NCBI GenBank assembly: GCA_973895155.1
Contig: OZ316894.1
Span: 26,335,240-26,399,239, forward strand
Direction of reading: 5' to 3'
Source of the DNA: Marsupella aquatica
Taxonomy: Eukaryota > Plantae > Marchantiophyta
DNA: 64,000 nt
Part shown: positions 23,617 through 36,970 of the stretch, in pieces
How the letters are laid out: each line of letters starts with the position of its first letter
Numbering within the stretch: the stretch's first letter is position 1
Position numbers and translations under genes: made by a program
The notes under the pieces: generated by a model
What the model was told of the DNA's origin: nothing
Database searches by the model: none
Seen by the model: only the letters and a program-made list of their open reading frames with translations

Positions 23617-26611
23617 CTGTAGATGGTATTCGAGCTAGAGACACATCTACTCTTGGGAGTGGAAAGGGAAATGGACATGGTGATATGCTCACCCACCATT
23701 TAATTATGAGCAAAGCTCAGGCACTCAGGTTACTATATTAGTTATAATTGCCAATGAACAAAATAATAAAGTCATCCATCATTTATTTATGAGCAAAGCT
23801 CAGGCATTTAAGTTACTGTATTAGTTATAACCGCCAATGAACAAAAAAATGTCAAACCAAGAGACAGGATCCTGAGATAGGAGACCCAATATAGGGAAAA
23901 AAACACAGGAAGACAAGACCCAATATAGGGGAAAAAAACACAGGAAGACCAAAGAGCAAGAGGCACAAGCCCTGCACAGGCCTTCCACACTATGGCAAAG
24001 GAAGCAAAGCCCTATTGAGCAGTAAAATGAAAACTAGTCTGGTGAAGCTCCACAGTAGACCACAAAGGAGAGTGAGAAAAATTAAAGGAATTTTGTTCTC
24101 TCATTCTTTTCATCAATACAAGTCCTCCGGCCTGTGGCTCTGATTGTTGTGTATCACCATTGGAATTGCAGGAGAATGGCGTCCGCATGTTGGATTGGGA
24201 ATGCCCTAAACCACAGATTACATGATATTTGAGGCAAAAGGATGGAGTCTGTTGGTAAGACATTGATAGCAATGAAAGGCTTAGAAATCCCCAAGCTAGG
24301 AACCAATCAAGTCATTGGTGCATGGATGCATTCGGGTAGCAGAATCAAACATACTTGTGATAGATTAAGTACTAGACAGGTGTTACCATTAAACCAAGGT
24401 ATTTCTATGGTATTTCTACTTGCATGCAGGTCCCTTCTTGCCCAAACCCTCACTATTATGGGTCTTAAAGCATGTAAATAGGCAGGGAAATAGGGTGTAA
24501 GGTTAGGGTTTGAGGTATTGGGGGGATGCCCGGAAATTGTGCATCCCTGTGACAACATATGGTGTGCTGTGAATACTCAGTGATTTATACAGATTATTAT
24601 TCTGAGGTTATCATAGTGTGGGGCCTGGGCCTGGGCCTGCCATGAATGCTTGCAAGTCTACACCGCTTTATTCCGCTCCTCCAAGCTGCAATTGCACAGG
24701 GAACACCTTCAAAACATGACCACTGTGACCCGCTTGCTTGAGGCTTGTCCCGTTGAATCTGAAGACTATTGATAGCCTGAGCAACGCTGCAAGTATTGGC
24801 AACAACTCTGGCCTGTAAAAATAAAACTCATTTATGTATGATGGGTAGGTGAAGAGACTCTTGCTTGGAAGCAGCCTGTCCCCACACGCATGTGGGGTTG
24901 CAATCTGCCTAATGTGAGAGCTACAGTATGTCTCTCCTCTTGTGACCTGCCCAATTTGGATTGATGTGCCCATATGTCTCATTAAGTTGCAGCCCCATCT
25001 TGCAAAATAGTGTCCAAAAAGTGAACGCTGTGCCTCACATGTCAAATGTGACCACCAAATGTTGCTAATTTTTTCTTCTACATCTAAACCTGACCCTATA
25101 GTTCTGATCAATTTGTCCTTGTCAAAACAGACGACAACTTGGAGACCTACATTTGGTCAAACTCTAATAAAAGCGTATAGATTTATTTTTATTGTTTTTT
25201 TTAGAAGATTTATAATATGTTTGGAAAGTCATTCACCTATGACCTGGGACGTCAAGTCCCCAAGTGGTGGACTCCTACTTCAGTATCAAGTACCCTGTTG
25301 AGTCTTTGATTTACTAATAATCAAAATAATATTGGTTTCATTTTAGATATGTTTAGATATGTTCCAGATGCCAAAAGACATTTCTCAACGACATTTCTCA
25401 ACGACATTTGCCTTCAACAATTAGTGACTTTTCACTCTTAAGGGACAGTTCAGTTCTTGGTAGTGGGAAGTATGGGACCAACATTTAAGTAGCCAAAACT
25501 CCATATTATCATTATTCTGCTATACACTTCATTTCAGGGTTGATTCTTTTGGGCAGAGTCATGATGCTCTTTTGATAGACTAGCCCTGATTACGCGTTCT
25601 TTGAACGTGAATAGCGGGGAGTACAATAAAAATGTCACCAAAATATATTCCTTATTCACATATTTTGAAGGTTAATGAAATGATAAAAAAATTATCATGC
25701 ATATCATCATTTTAATAATCAGACATAACATACCATAGTACTCTTTCCTATGCACATCCCTAGTTTTCTATCCTACATCCCACTTATGCACATATAATAT
25801 GGTGGGGCCATAGAGATCAGTTTTTACTATAAATAGAAATCATAACAAAAAGTAGTCATGATTATCATTTGACATGACATATATCATAGACATCAGTTTT
25901 CTCATCATTCCACGTGATGTGCCATGGAGTTAGGGTCTAGAGGCTTCACTCTAGAAGCCTAGGCCCCAACTCTAGCTTGTAGTTGCAGATTTATAAGTAA
26001 GATTTGAGTAGGCTTCTTTTATGGATAGGCCATGAGTTCTTGCAAAGGTAGCTTTGGGAAATTGAAGGTCTGGGAAATCAACAGGCCTGGGGTCTGTTGA
26101 AGAGGTCCTAACACAAGCACTGAAGGATTCATGCGCTTAGGTTGGTTGGTTCCATCCTCCTTTGAAGGCTTCCAATTGGATGCATGTTGTTTTATGCTAA
26201 TTTCTAGCCCGATGCTAGTGTGTTGCACTATTTTCATAAATTGTGGTCATGTTGTCATTGTGAAATCGATATTGTTCGGAAGGATGGCACAAGTGAGCAC
26301 AAGATGGGTGATGGCACGGGTGAGGGAGGGCCTGCATCAGGGCAAGGCACAGGCAGGGGAGAGAGGAAGGGCATCCCACAATGGAGGTGCAGGCCACTAC
26401 ACAGAGGGCACAAGGGGAGGACCCGGGGGAGGAGGGGTTTTGGCCAATTGAACAGTGCAGAGAATCCAAATTTTCAGTGGACGGTCACAATTAGTTCCTA
26501 CCTTTACACCAACAGACAATCCTGCCAGAAATGCGGGGCTCCATATTACAGCACTTGAATTTTATGTGAAGGTGAGTAAGAAGCGGGAGAAAGTCTGCAG
26601 AGAGCCAGGAA

Positions 26612-26865
26612 CAGAGTTTTTTTTAGTGGCTTAGGTTTGCCAAATTCCACCTCCCCAAAAATCTGTTGCCACTTTTGGCAAAAATTTGCAACTATTTATT
26701 TGTCTCGTTAGCCAGTGTTCCACCTAATCACAGGCCCCATTAGCCAGAATCTAACGGTCAACCTTTAATCTAGGGATATCTGATGGTCAGAAAATTAATA
26801 GGGAATCTTTTGAGCATCTTCTCCTTCACACACCATACATTGGCCACTGAGGCAAAATGGTAAGA
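26612..26865 (-). mobile_element. Partial copy of the hAT-MITE family (homologous to 62289-62569)
   Basis: It is reverse-complement similar to the 62.3-kb MITE over ~230 bp (gccaaaagtgg, gattctggctaatggggcctg, gatgctcaaaagatt). One terminus (CAGAGTTTTTTTTAG) is present and the other is missing. Confidence 0.7.
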
Positions 26866-26908
26866 GGGTCAGAAGGCTATCTAGAATTGTGTTCAATCGT
26901 CAAACCAA

Positions 26909-26910
<2 letters not shown>

Positions 26911-26951
<41 letters not shown>

Positions 26952-27190
26952 GCTTGACATAGATGTTCAAGTATATGAATGATCATTCTCCAGTATCGTC
27001 CTTTCCCAAATTTGTCTTGTCCAAAATTACACTGCTCTTTAAAATTAATTATGATTATTCTCAGATATTGTTCCTTCCCAAATTTATCTTGTCAAAGAGT
27101 ACAAGGCTCTTTAAAACTAAATATGATCATTCTTAAATATTGCTCATCCCAAGTTTGTCTTGTCAAAAAGTACACCGCTCTTCAAAATAA
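26911..27190. repeat. (TA)19 microsatellite followed by three ~72-bp tandem units
   Basis: (ta)n spans 26911-26948. The unit atgat(c/t)attct...cccaa(a/g)ttt(g/a)tcttgtc...tac...gctctt occurs x3. Confidence 0.8.
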
Positions 27191-27391
27191 AGATAGTACT
27201 ACGTATCCAATAAGGTCTTCTTCAGAGTGCATTATGGGATATAGTGCCCCAAAAAATAAGAGCTTCAGCTCAAGTTTGTGGGGCTACTATTGCCCATAAT
27301 GCTTCAAAACAAGACCTTACTACTAGCCATAATGTTCCAGAAAGAGGACCAAACTACACTGAAAGGCAACTTAGTAAAAGCAACGAGTAGC

Positions 27392-27512
27392 CGTAAATCC
27401 TGTCAGGAGAAGAGGTTACCTGTGTGTAACCATTTCTACAGGGGCCTGCTATAGTCATAATCTGGTGTCCTGAAAAGTTGAGCCGGTAACCTCTTTCCGG
27501 GCAGGAGTTACG
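27392..27512. repeat. Short foldback / MITE-like hairpin
   Basis: The arms cgtaaatcctgtcaggagaagaggttacc and ggtaacctctttccgggcaggagttacg are imperfect reverse complements. Confidence 0.65.
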
Positions 27513-27517
27513 TACAC

Positions 27518-27667
27518 TAATGCAGGGCAGGGCTGGGGTTATAGGCTGTAACCTACTCCCGGAATATTCAAAGAAGCTTCTTTTCATATTCCGGACGCCG
27601 GTCAGTTTCTTTTCATATTCCGGACGCAGGGTTACAGCCTAGTAACCCTGCGCCCAGACCTGCATTA
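27518..27667. mobile_element. Small foldback MITE with TAA/TTA termini (Tourist-like)
   Basis: The arms are taatgcagggcagggctggggttataggctgtaacc and ggttacagcctagtaaccctgcgcccagacctgcatta. There is an internal duplication of ttcttttcatattccggacgc. Confidence 0.65.
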
Positions 27668-28406
27668 CCCTATACATAGTGCTCCAGAAAGAGGACCTTA
27701 CTACACTTAATGCCTAAGAGATTTTTATTTTCTCTAAGTTCAGTAAAAGCAATGAAGAGTCTTCCTAAGGAGGTGATCCATATCTTGACAGGGGCATTAT
27801 GCTCCCATAATGGAAGAAAAATCACGAAGGGCATTATTAAGATGCAAGTATCATACAGTATCGCAACCCATCCCTCTATCCAAGTCTTGTAGTCCCCTCC
27901 TCCTGTTATGTGATCCACTCTTCGACCGAGAAATCCTGCCACGACATTCTCTACTTTCCTCCCTATCCTGTACATTGCAGGTGAACCTGTGGGTGGCGTT
28001 GCCCATCGCAATGTTCTGATTCTCGGTCACATACATTCGTCGGAGTATCCGTCTTCTCCTGTAGCTCTCGAGGTTTTATGCTCTTCAACTCCTGCTTGAG
28101 TGGCCTCTGAAGACTGAGAAATTTCCAAGGCTGGACCAGTGGAGCTCCTTCCTGGTGAGCCGAGCTGAGCTGATTGAATGTCGATAATAAGTGGGTACAT
28201 TTGTGGCTTCGTTGGAGAAGAGGGTGCATTAGCAACTTTAGGACATTGCCGTGGAAGGACGGAGGCTTAAGTGTTCCACTGCGTACAGGGGGGTAGGGAC
28301 CCTATCGTAGGGGAGAAATAGCAGGATGGGAATACCTCTGTGAGCGGTGTTGGAGTCGTTGGTATATTTTAGTTCATCTCGTGGGAAGGTTGAGAAGCGG
28401 ATAACA

Positions 28407-31400
28407 ATGGCTCTGGCCGCTCATGCAGTGTCTGCATGTTGCCCTGCTCTACCGCCCAGCAGAGGAGCAACCCAGGTGCGAAATGGGTCCCGTAACCGGG
28501 CAAGCTTTTGGGGACAGAAACTCAAAGCTGGCAACCACACTGTAACCGGTGAGTTCCGATGTCTTTCCTTGAACGTTCTATATCCCACCTAGCGTCCTTC
28601 TCTTTGCGATTGTATGAAATTGTTTGTTGTTTTGAGGCTGATTTCAAATTGCAGGTTGTCGTTGGCCTGTTTTTGAGCAAGGAAGCTGTTCAGAATTGCT
28701 CAGTGTTTGTTAATTTCCAACTATGTTGCAAATTTTGCTGATGTATTTGTTAATTCACAAGCAGTCTGTTTGAATAGTAAGTTTACAGGGGCCTGTTTAG
28801 AATTTCTTGTGACTTTGTTAATCTCTATGAATCGCTCGTGGTCTGTTATTGTAAGGAGGCTGCATGGAATGGCTGGTGGGTTCGTTAGTTTACAGGGAGG
28901 CAGGCTAGAATTGCGTCATTTCTTTGGCTTTTGTAGCTTGAAAGGAGTCGTCTCCTATCCCGACAATTGGATTTGCTGCCTGCTTCTGAAATAGGATAAG
29001 AGGATATAAAGCTTTATTATTGCCTCTTATAATTTGGTAACATCCGTAGTTCAATAGCTTCAGCCATCGAGCCAAACTTTTATAGATCAGAACGCATCAT
29101 GAATGGGTCTCGTCGTGGAGCGTTGATGCACAGCCACTGTGAAGATCATCAACAGAGCACCCGTAGCGACCATCGAGGACGAGAGAACAGAATTGCCGCT
29201 GCCGAGTGCTGGACTTACCTCCTTGGGGACAGATGAAGAATTGGCGCAACGAATTCTTTCTGGAGAATTCTCCGTTGAATCCGGCCGGTGAAATTTCCAC
29301 CCCCATTCTATTACCAACACAGATTCACATTCAAGGAAGAGGTGCACCGTGAAGGAAATTCTGGTGTAGTCCATTAGGTGATAGAGAGACGGGCTGTGAT
29401 TACTTTATGTGACCCGTCATGTCTACACAGAGGGTAGGGTTTAGGGTGAAATTAGGCTTCATTTAGACCACAGAAGCGTTTTACATAGCTACTGTTTGGC
29501 TTTTGATGGATACTTCTATTCGTTTTGGTATAATACTACTATTTTTATTTGGATCTAAGTCTATTTTCTCGGCAGTATATGGCATTTCACTTTGCTACAA
29601 TTGGACCATTGATTAAGACAATCTGTAGCGATGGTAACTTTCCCCCAAAAGATCTTTTCGATGGTTAGAGAATTGCGTGACTGCAATCTGACTAGTGACT
29701 AGTGACTCGTCATTCGTGCAGAGATGATATATTTTCAAGAATTCGTCAAACTATTGCAAGGGCTGGACCGTTAGGACGATCGCTTGCATTGTCTCTGGCA
29801 AAGATTGAGAGGGATATGAGAGCTGAGAAGGCCAAGAAGCTGCCTGAAGCGACAGGGGATGTGACGAAAATTGTGGGCCAACCCTTTTTTGTTCCTTTGT
29901 TTGCGCTCTTTCAGACATATGGTGGAATTTTTCGGTTGTCATTTGGACCAAAGGTACGGTAGTTCTAGATGGCATGCTTTAAGTATCGTTTTTCCAACTT
30001 CGCAGTTGGGAAATTCGGTGCGGAGGAAATAGTCTTATGTGCATTTTGTGTACGATGTTGGGACCTGTGTGCCAAATGTGGGGAGCACAGAGATGACTTA
30101 CTAACTAGTCCGTTTGTTTATATGCGAAGTCCTTTGTCGTTGTCTCGGATGACGGGATAGCCAAACGCATTCTGAAGGACAACGCAAAAAGTTATTCTAA
30201 GGTGACTGGCCTCAAATTTGCAGAAAGTTTTTTTCGTGCCAGGAACTGTCTGACAGTAATGGAGTAGGCAGGGAATTCAGATTCGTGCGGTGTGATTTTA
30301 ATGGCTGTCTCGTTGAACCAGGATGATAGTGAAAGTTGAGTCGACCATAACGTTTGATTGATTCACTTGATAATAATACAGGGAATACTGGCGGAGATCC
30401 TCGAGTTTGTCATGGGAACAGGTCTCATACCTGCAGATGGGGAAGTTTGGAAACGACGTCGACGAGCTATTGTTCCTTCTTTACATAAAAAGGTGCATAC
30501 CGTGAGTTCCTAGAGGCTTTTGAAGGAAAAGGGATATGTGCACTAAATGGGTAATGTAAGCAAAATCTGCGATTTTAACCAATTCCCATGGGAGTAGACG
30601 AGAGCAATGATCAACTAGATCTTGGAGTAAAATGTTGGGTCTGAAGTGGATTCTGTTCTATCAGTATGTTACAGCAATGTTGCGCCTCTTCGGTCAGTGT
30701 TCCGATAGTCTCTGTGACAAACTATGCACTGCCGCCAACAATGGGGAGGAAGTTGAAATGGAAGGGCTATTTTCGCGCTTGACTCTGGACGTTATTGGAA
30801 AAGCAGTTTTCAACTACGATTTCAATTCCCTTCAAGTTGATACGGGGATTGTGGAGGTACATACTTGGGTTGACTTGTTGCTGATCGAGTCTTTATGCTG
30901 AAACGGTTGCTGTTACTAGTGGATCTGGTATACTCAGTCTATTGCCAGTCGTGTATTTGAGAGGCAGAATTGACCTAGCCGGTTGTATAACTCACACATG
31001 TCTCTATCGAGCAGGCTGTTTACGTCGCCTTGAGGGAAGCTGAGGCTCGAAGTACATCTGTTATTCCCTATTGGAACGTCCCCATTTTGGCAGCAATTGA
31101 TCCCAGACAGCGAAAAGTAGCTCAAGCTCTCAAGCTTATCAATGACACATTAGATGTCCTTATTGCGAAGTGCCAGGTTTGTTCCTGCTTTGACTGCATT
31201 GCATGAATGTCTGCGAATTAACCGATAGTCCTACTTTCAACTCTGTCGAGTGTGCCCTGACATTTTCAAGACAGCCCGTACCATGGCCTTCAGGTGACTG
31301 CAATTAATGGTTACAATTGTACTAATGGACTCATGAACAACTTTTTTCAGGAAATTGTGAATGAAGAAGATATAGAATTTGGTGAAGAGTATATGAGTGA

Positions 31401-34101
31401 GCGTGACCCAAGCATCCTGCACTTCTTGTTGGCAGCTGGTGATGAAGTAACTACACCATGCCTATCTCCGTGTTGTGATCTATCCTTACTTGGAAGAATT
31501 GTATCGTGCCGGGAAGTTCTCGTAAGAGGATTGCCTCTGTTACTTGTACGTTGCTCTTGACGTGTCATCTTGATTTGAAGTCTCATGCCATTCTCAAAAT
31601 GTCAGAACGCCTTTGCAGGTGACATCCAAACAGCTTCGGGACGACCTCATGACAATGTTGATAGCAGGACATGAAACTTCAGCAGCAGTACTAACTTGGA
31701 CATTCTATCTGCTTGCCTTGGTATGACGGATCACTTTTGCAACTTGCACTTTCTCGGCTGCTTCCTTTGCTCTTGTAAATGGTACCGTAATTTGATGTTT
31801 GCTACCTCAAGCATTAGTCTTGTGCATAACTACGCCTTGCCAAAGCACTCACTAAAGACGGACTTGAACTGAGAAAACTATGGATTGGTTTTGTTGATTG
31901 GTTTTGTTGAAAACTCATATCAAACGGATGAAAATTTGTTGAATCGTATGTAAAATATTGTAAAACGTATGTTAATCTATGTGCGTTATGTGAATATTAT
32001 GGAAATTACATGTCTAGGGACGCATTTTCGGATAAGTAGGCATTTTCTGGCAGATCCTGAGTGATGACTCAAGCGAAGGACTCCAAGAAATTTCTGTGTC
32101 AGATTTTACGTCTCGAGGTTAAGTCAAAGTTAAATTCTGGACGTTTCTCATCTTTCGCAATTTTCGCGTATGTTTCGCAGAATCCTACTGCTACTGCCAA
32201 GCTTCAGATGGAGGTAGAAGTTTTCTACTACTCATGTCATGTTTTCTCAAAAATATTCTCAAGCTGAAGGTAGCTCTGCTGTCCGTCCTCAACAATTCAT
32301 TTCAATGCGTAGTTACTGTCGCATCCAGTGTCCTACCTGTGTCTGAGACATTTTCTGTTTTCTACTGAACAGGTAGACTCTGTGTTGAGCGACCGTAAAC
32401 CAACAATTGAGGATATGAAGAACTTGAGATATACAACCAATGTTATCAACGAGGTAAATTGCCTAATTTGAACCAGTAAGGAAGGTACCCCACTGGTTGT
32501 CACCGACTGCCCTTGTTTACTACATTGTCAAGTCCATAATCTGAAGTTTTCTCTGATTGGCAGTCAATGCGGCTTTATCCGCAGCCACCAGTGCTGATCC
32601 GGCGGTCTTTAGAGGATGACATGCTCGGCAAATATCACGTCAAAAAGTAAGGAAAACATAACTTAGCGATCTGTGATACCAACTGTGGTGGCTTTTATCT
32701 TGGAAAAACATTGTCTTGCGCGGCTTAGCATCTATCAGGGAAAATAAATATGTACAGAAAGTTGGTTTGGTGAATTACGCCTTGTCTCTAAATTCCTTCA
32801 GGCTGATAGTGGAGCTGCTGTTGTAACAGGGGTGAAGACATATTCATTTCCACCTGGAACCTTCACCGGTCACCGCAGCTGTGGGAAGGAGCTGATGAGT
32901 TTAGGCCAGATCGTTGGGATTCATACCCAGCTGCTGAGGCCTCACAAGATTTCAGGTAACATAATTTGCAGAAATCAGTTATTTGACTCGCGTATTTGTT
33001 GTGCAATAATCCTCTCGACACTTCATTCCAGGAATCGTTCATCTCAGATCCGGTTGACTGTCTGTCTCGTATGGTGGTCTTTGAGCCTGCCTATTGACAA
33101 CCAGATCACCTTTCAATCTTGTTTACTTGCCAAGAGATTATTAAATCTGTTATATCATCATTTTTGTAGCAAGGAAATACCATCACAATGGTGTTAGAAA
33201 GAAAGTTTGTAGATCGATTTTCGTAGGTCGTGTAGAGTGAAGATCCTCTGGTCGTTCTCCCACAGGTTTTTACCTTTTGGAGGGGGCCCGCGAAAGTGCG
33301 TTGGTGATGTTTTTGCTACATTTGAGGTACGTTGCCTACTTTTTTTCGTAGACACCCTGTTGGGCTCCGTTCTTGAAATACATGACTTTTTGAAAATGTA
33401 TATACCTCTCAACAAGCCTACCCATTGATGCAACAGGTTGTTAGTCCTTCAGATTCTGACACCTCATCTAAGGGAGGTGGTTTCAGGGATTTGGGGCGAT
33501 TATAGTTCAATTCCGGGGTGCATTTAAAATTCTCCTATTTTATGTTATCTCTTGATTGTCACCAACTGATGTTCCTCTTGCTGGAGTCCTTTGGTGTCTC
33601 GGTTGTGAGGTTCTGTTCGTCTAAATATATTTGATGTATTATGGGTTGGTAACTGATGGACGGAGCAAATGTGCTCTTCTGTTTTAATTGCAGACTGTCA
33701 CGGCTTTAGCCATGCTTGTCCGTCGATTTGACTTCGAGCTTGCACCTGGGGCACCACCTGTAAGTTGAAAAACTGAATGCATATAAGTTTTCTAACGGTG
33801 ACCACCTTGCCAAAATGCGTCATTGAATAGCAATTCTGAGACATTGCTCGGTTTTGTAATTCATTAGGTCGAATCCTGTGCACCCTCAAAAATGGCTTTT
33901 TGGGAACATGAGCATCTCTTTTCCTCAGGATTGGAAAATCTAACCAGATGTACCTTGAACTCTTATCAGGTAACAATGACAACTGGAGCAACCATTCATA
34001 CCGCCAATGGCTTACACATGTTAGTAACCCACAGAACGAAAGTCCCGGTCATCCCAGTGACAGACCCGCCAGCAAGTGGGTCACTATCGCTGGTTCCTTA
34101 A
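28407..34101 (+). CDS. CYP97A: Cytochrome P450 CYP97A (LUT5-like carotenoid beta-ring hydroxylase), plastid-targeted, 16 exons
   Basis: A transit-peptide-like exon 1 (28407-28548) is followed by 29134-29287, 29722-29953, 30130-30201 and further exons. The translation includes [109 protein letters not shown], the heme motif [14 protein letters not shown], and [13 protein letters not shown]. Confidence 0.95.
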
Positions 34102-34939
34102 GCCCAGAATACCGACACTCATGTGGGCCCAAAACAAAAACTACATCATCATAACAAGTGTAGGATCGGTTACATATCACAACTAGGGTCTTGGTAGAAC
34201 CTGGTAGGAGAGAGTTGTTGTACATAATTATGATTCCTAACTCGGGATGACCTGGTTACTAGTGGAACGAATATAAGTTTTGATCTGTCTCGGAACTGCA
34301 GTTTTTAAGCTGCATTATTCTTTACTGTCATCGTGTAATAAAAGTCCACTTCAGTACGAGTGGGCTGCCACACTTGCCCAGTAGAACGACGCAAGTCCAG
34401 TAACTTGTGGGCGGAGCTGTCTCGGTCAGACCTCAGTGACATTTGATTTGACACAAGTGAAGGTCGTTTGACTTGCGGGAGTGTGACTGAGGGATTTACA
34501 ATGCTCCTTCAACGAGTTTTGATTCATGTTATCTATCAGAGGTGACGACGACAAATACGATACTTTAGAAAACACTGCCCACTCATTGGTGACTCAGAGA
34601 GCGAATATTTCCAGGAGTGCTGTAAATCCCAGAGACCTAAGTAACTTCACAAAGGTCTTGGTAATCTGAGTTCTCTAGACATAGATATTGCTCCGAAGTG
34701 CTCAGGGGCCTTCATATCAACCACTTCTCCATACAATTTTCCACTCTTTGGCGTCAGCAGTTCCCTGGGCCCGTAAGTACTTCCTTTTTCATGATGAGAA
34801 CCAAATCTAACCCTCATCAAGTGAATCCCAACCGTCATCCCAAACTGACCCCCTTCCCAAGCTTACCCATATCCTTGGCTCTGATTTCAGTTGCCGAAGC
34901 CTTCACAGTTTTGGCTTGTTGGTTATCTTCCGGATCTGT

Positions 34940-35635
34940 GAAAGAAGGGTGAGAATCTTCATGCACACTGACTGGTGCAGAAACCCATTTGAAAAAAGCT
35001 TTACTAAGCACTTCAGCATCGGATACATTCTTACCTGCAGAGGCATTTGAATCCAGTTTTTTAAAACCTAACAGATGTATTTGAATCCAGTTTTCTAAAA
35101 CCTAACAGATGTTCAGCCAAAACGTCAACCAGGGGAGCTCCCGTGACTTCTCAAATTGCGAAATCGACAGCATAGACAGTGGTGCTCAACTCTTGGGGAA
35201 TAACTTCTGCAAAGATGGGATCATTTGTGGCGGGAAAATTCCAAGCCATGAGCAAAGCCCAGTGGAAATATGGTAAGTCCTTATAGCCAGAAGAAATGAG
35301 TGTCTTTCGGGGATACCTGTAGCCAAGGCAATTCACATTGCTGCACTAAACTGCGAGCACAAAATACGGCCTTTGTTTGGTGACCATCCAGCTGCTTCAT
35401 CACCCACCCAGCTACCAAAAACAGAACCTACAGCTCTACGAACTGACTGTTATCAATGCCACCATGAGCGCAGCGGCACTGTGACTGAACCCGATCAGTT
35501 CTATCCGAGGGTGACGAACACCAATGCATTCCGTGGCATACTTCCAACAACTCCTTGGGTGACAAAAATCTGAAAAGCGTTCACTTTCAACACAATCTTA
35601 GCTCCTTGATGAAATTCTTGCAAATTACGTGACTG
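34940..35635 (-). pseudogene. Decayed fragment of a plant MFS transporter (UNE2/At1g78130-like, spinster-related)
   Basis: Across frameshifts it reads AKIVLKVNAFQIFVTQGVVGSMP.NAL.F...ELIGFSH...VGSVFGSWVGD...PNKGRILCSQFS...AWNFPATNDPIFAEVIPQELSTTVYAVD...APLVDVLAEHL...DAEVLSKA. It contains stops and a 33-bp tandem duplication. Confidence 0.75.
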
Positions 35636-35740
35636 TAAGGCACATCAGAGTACGTAAATCACCCCCTCCCTAATTCAGAATCGATCCAAGGTGGCCGAAT
35701 TCTCTTCTGTCCTCGTGAAGTAGGCAATCGAATTGTCGTG

Positions 35741-35880
35741 CACATCAGAATCTCCCATTCACCTACCCTCAAACTCAAAATGGATTGAAGGAGGCGAAAT
35801 GCTCTTGTGTCACATCAGAATCTCCCATTCACCTACCCTCAAACTCAAAATGGATTGAAGGGGGCTAAATGCTCTTGTGT
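35741..35880. repeat. ~70-bp tandem duplication
   Basis: cacatcagaatctcccattcacctaccctcaaactcaaaatggattgaagg...aaatgctcttgtgt x2. Confidence 0.85.
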
Positions 35881-36334
35881 CCTCGTGAAAGCTGGCTGAC
35901 TCACTTGTGCCCTCAAACGCTATCAGCATTCACGTTGTTGTGCCGTTGTGTCTCGGCGACAGGCTGTCAGTTCGATGCTGCTGCCAAGAGACAAACTATT
36001 GATCACGCAATCTCATACTGCGATCTTGCTAAACGAAATGTGCACTCGTACGAGCACGGAATGAAACAGAAACGAAAAGCTGAGAATCTTACTAAAATTA
36101 ACACATGTCAGTACGATTCGAGGTGGCCGACAAGGCCGTGACTGCAAAGGAGTCATTGCGTAAGCAACTGGATTTGCTTTACGAACGGGCGGACTACAAG
36201 AGTACGATCGACGTAGAACGACGAAAACCCACTTTCCGTTGTGAAGCCCACTTTGCAGTCACCCAGTAAAATTGTCACTAGTGTCACGACTGCGTGCCAA
36301 GTAAACGGACAGAGGCCTAGAAGAGGTACCAAGT

Positions 36335-36811
36335 TCAATCCCCCTTATTATAAGTGTTTTGAAATTCACTCCTCCAATTACAAGGGTTGTGAAGGATATG
36401 CCAATGAGGGTATACGGTTGTGAAGTTCCCCCCTCCAATTACAAGGGTTGGGAAAGGTATGTGTGTGTGGGTATGTGTGGGTATAGGGTTGTGAAGTTCC
36501 CCCTCCAATTACAGGGGTTGCTAAGGGTATGTGTATGTATGTGCGTGCGAGTATGTGTGGATGTAGGGTTGTGAAGTTCCCCCCTCCAATTACAAGGGTT
36601 GTGAAGTGTATAAATATGTGTGTGTGGGTATGTGTGTGTGGGTGGGGTTAGTGGTGAGAGTCATGGTTTCTCCTCCGCCCCTGTCTACTGTAGTTAGTTT
36701 TGGGGCCTTGGTTTAACTCTCTCTCCTTCCTAGTCTGGGTTTTTGTCGGATCCTCGGGTGTGACCCCCTTAGTGCCCCTCCAGTTACAAGGGTTGTGAAG
36801 GGTATGTGTGT

Positions 36812-36842
<31 letters not shown>

Positions 36843-36970
36843 GCAGGGGGGGGGTTGTGTTAGTGGTGGGCGTCATGGTTTCTCCTCAGCCCCTGGCTAC
36901 GGTAGTTAGCTTGGGGCCCTGGTTTAATTCTCTCTCCCTCCTAGTCTGGGTCTTTGTCGGATCCTTGGGT
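36335..36970. repeat. Compound tandem array with GT microsatellite spacers and a poly-G tract
   Basis: gtgaagttccccctccaattacaagggtt occurs ~5x, separated by (GT)n-like spacers. A ~115-bp block is duplicated (36645-36760 and 36857-36970). Confidence 0.8.

Noticed and set aside
36335-36800. CRISPR-like repeat/spacer appearance
   Set aside because: The spacers are low-complexity GT microsatellite, there are no cas genes, and the context is a eukaryotic genome.
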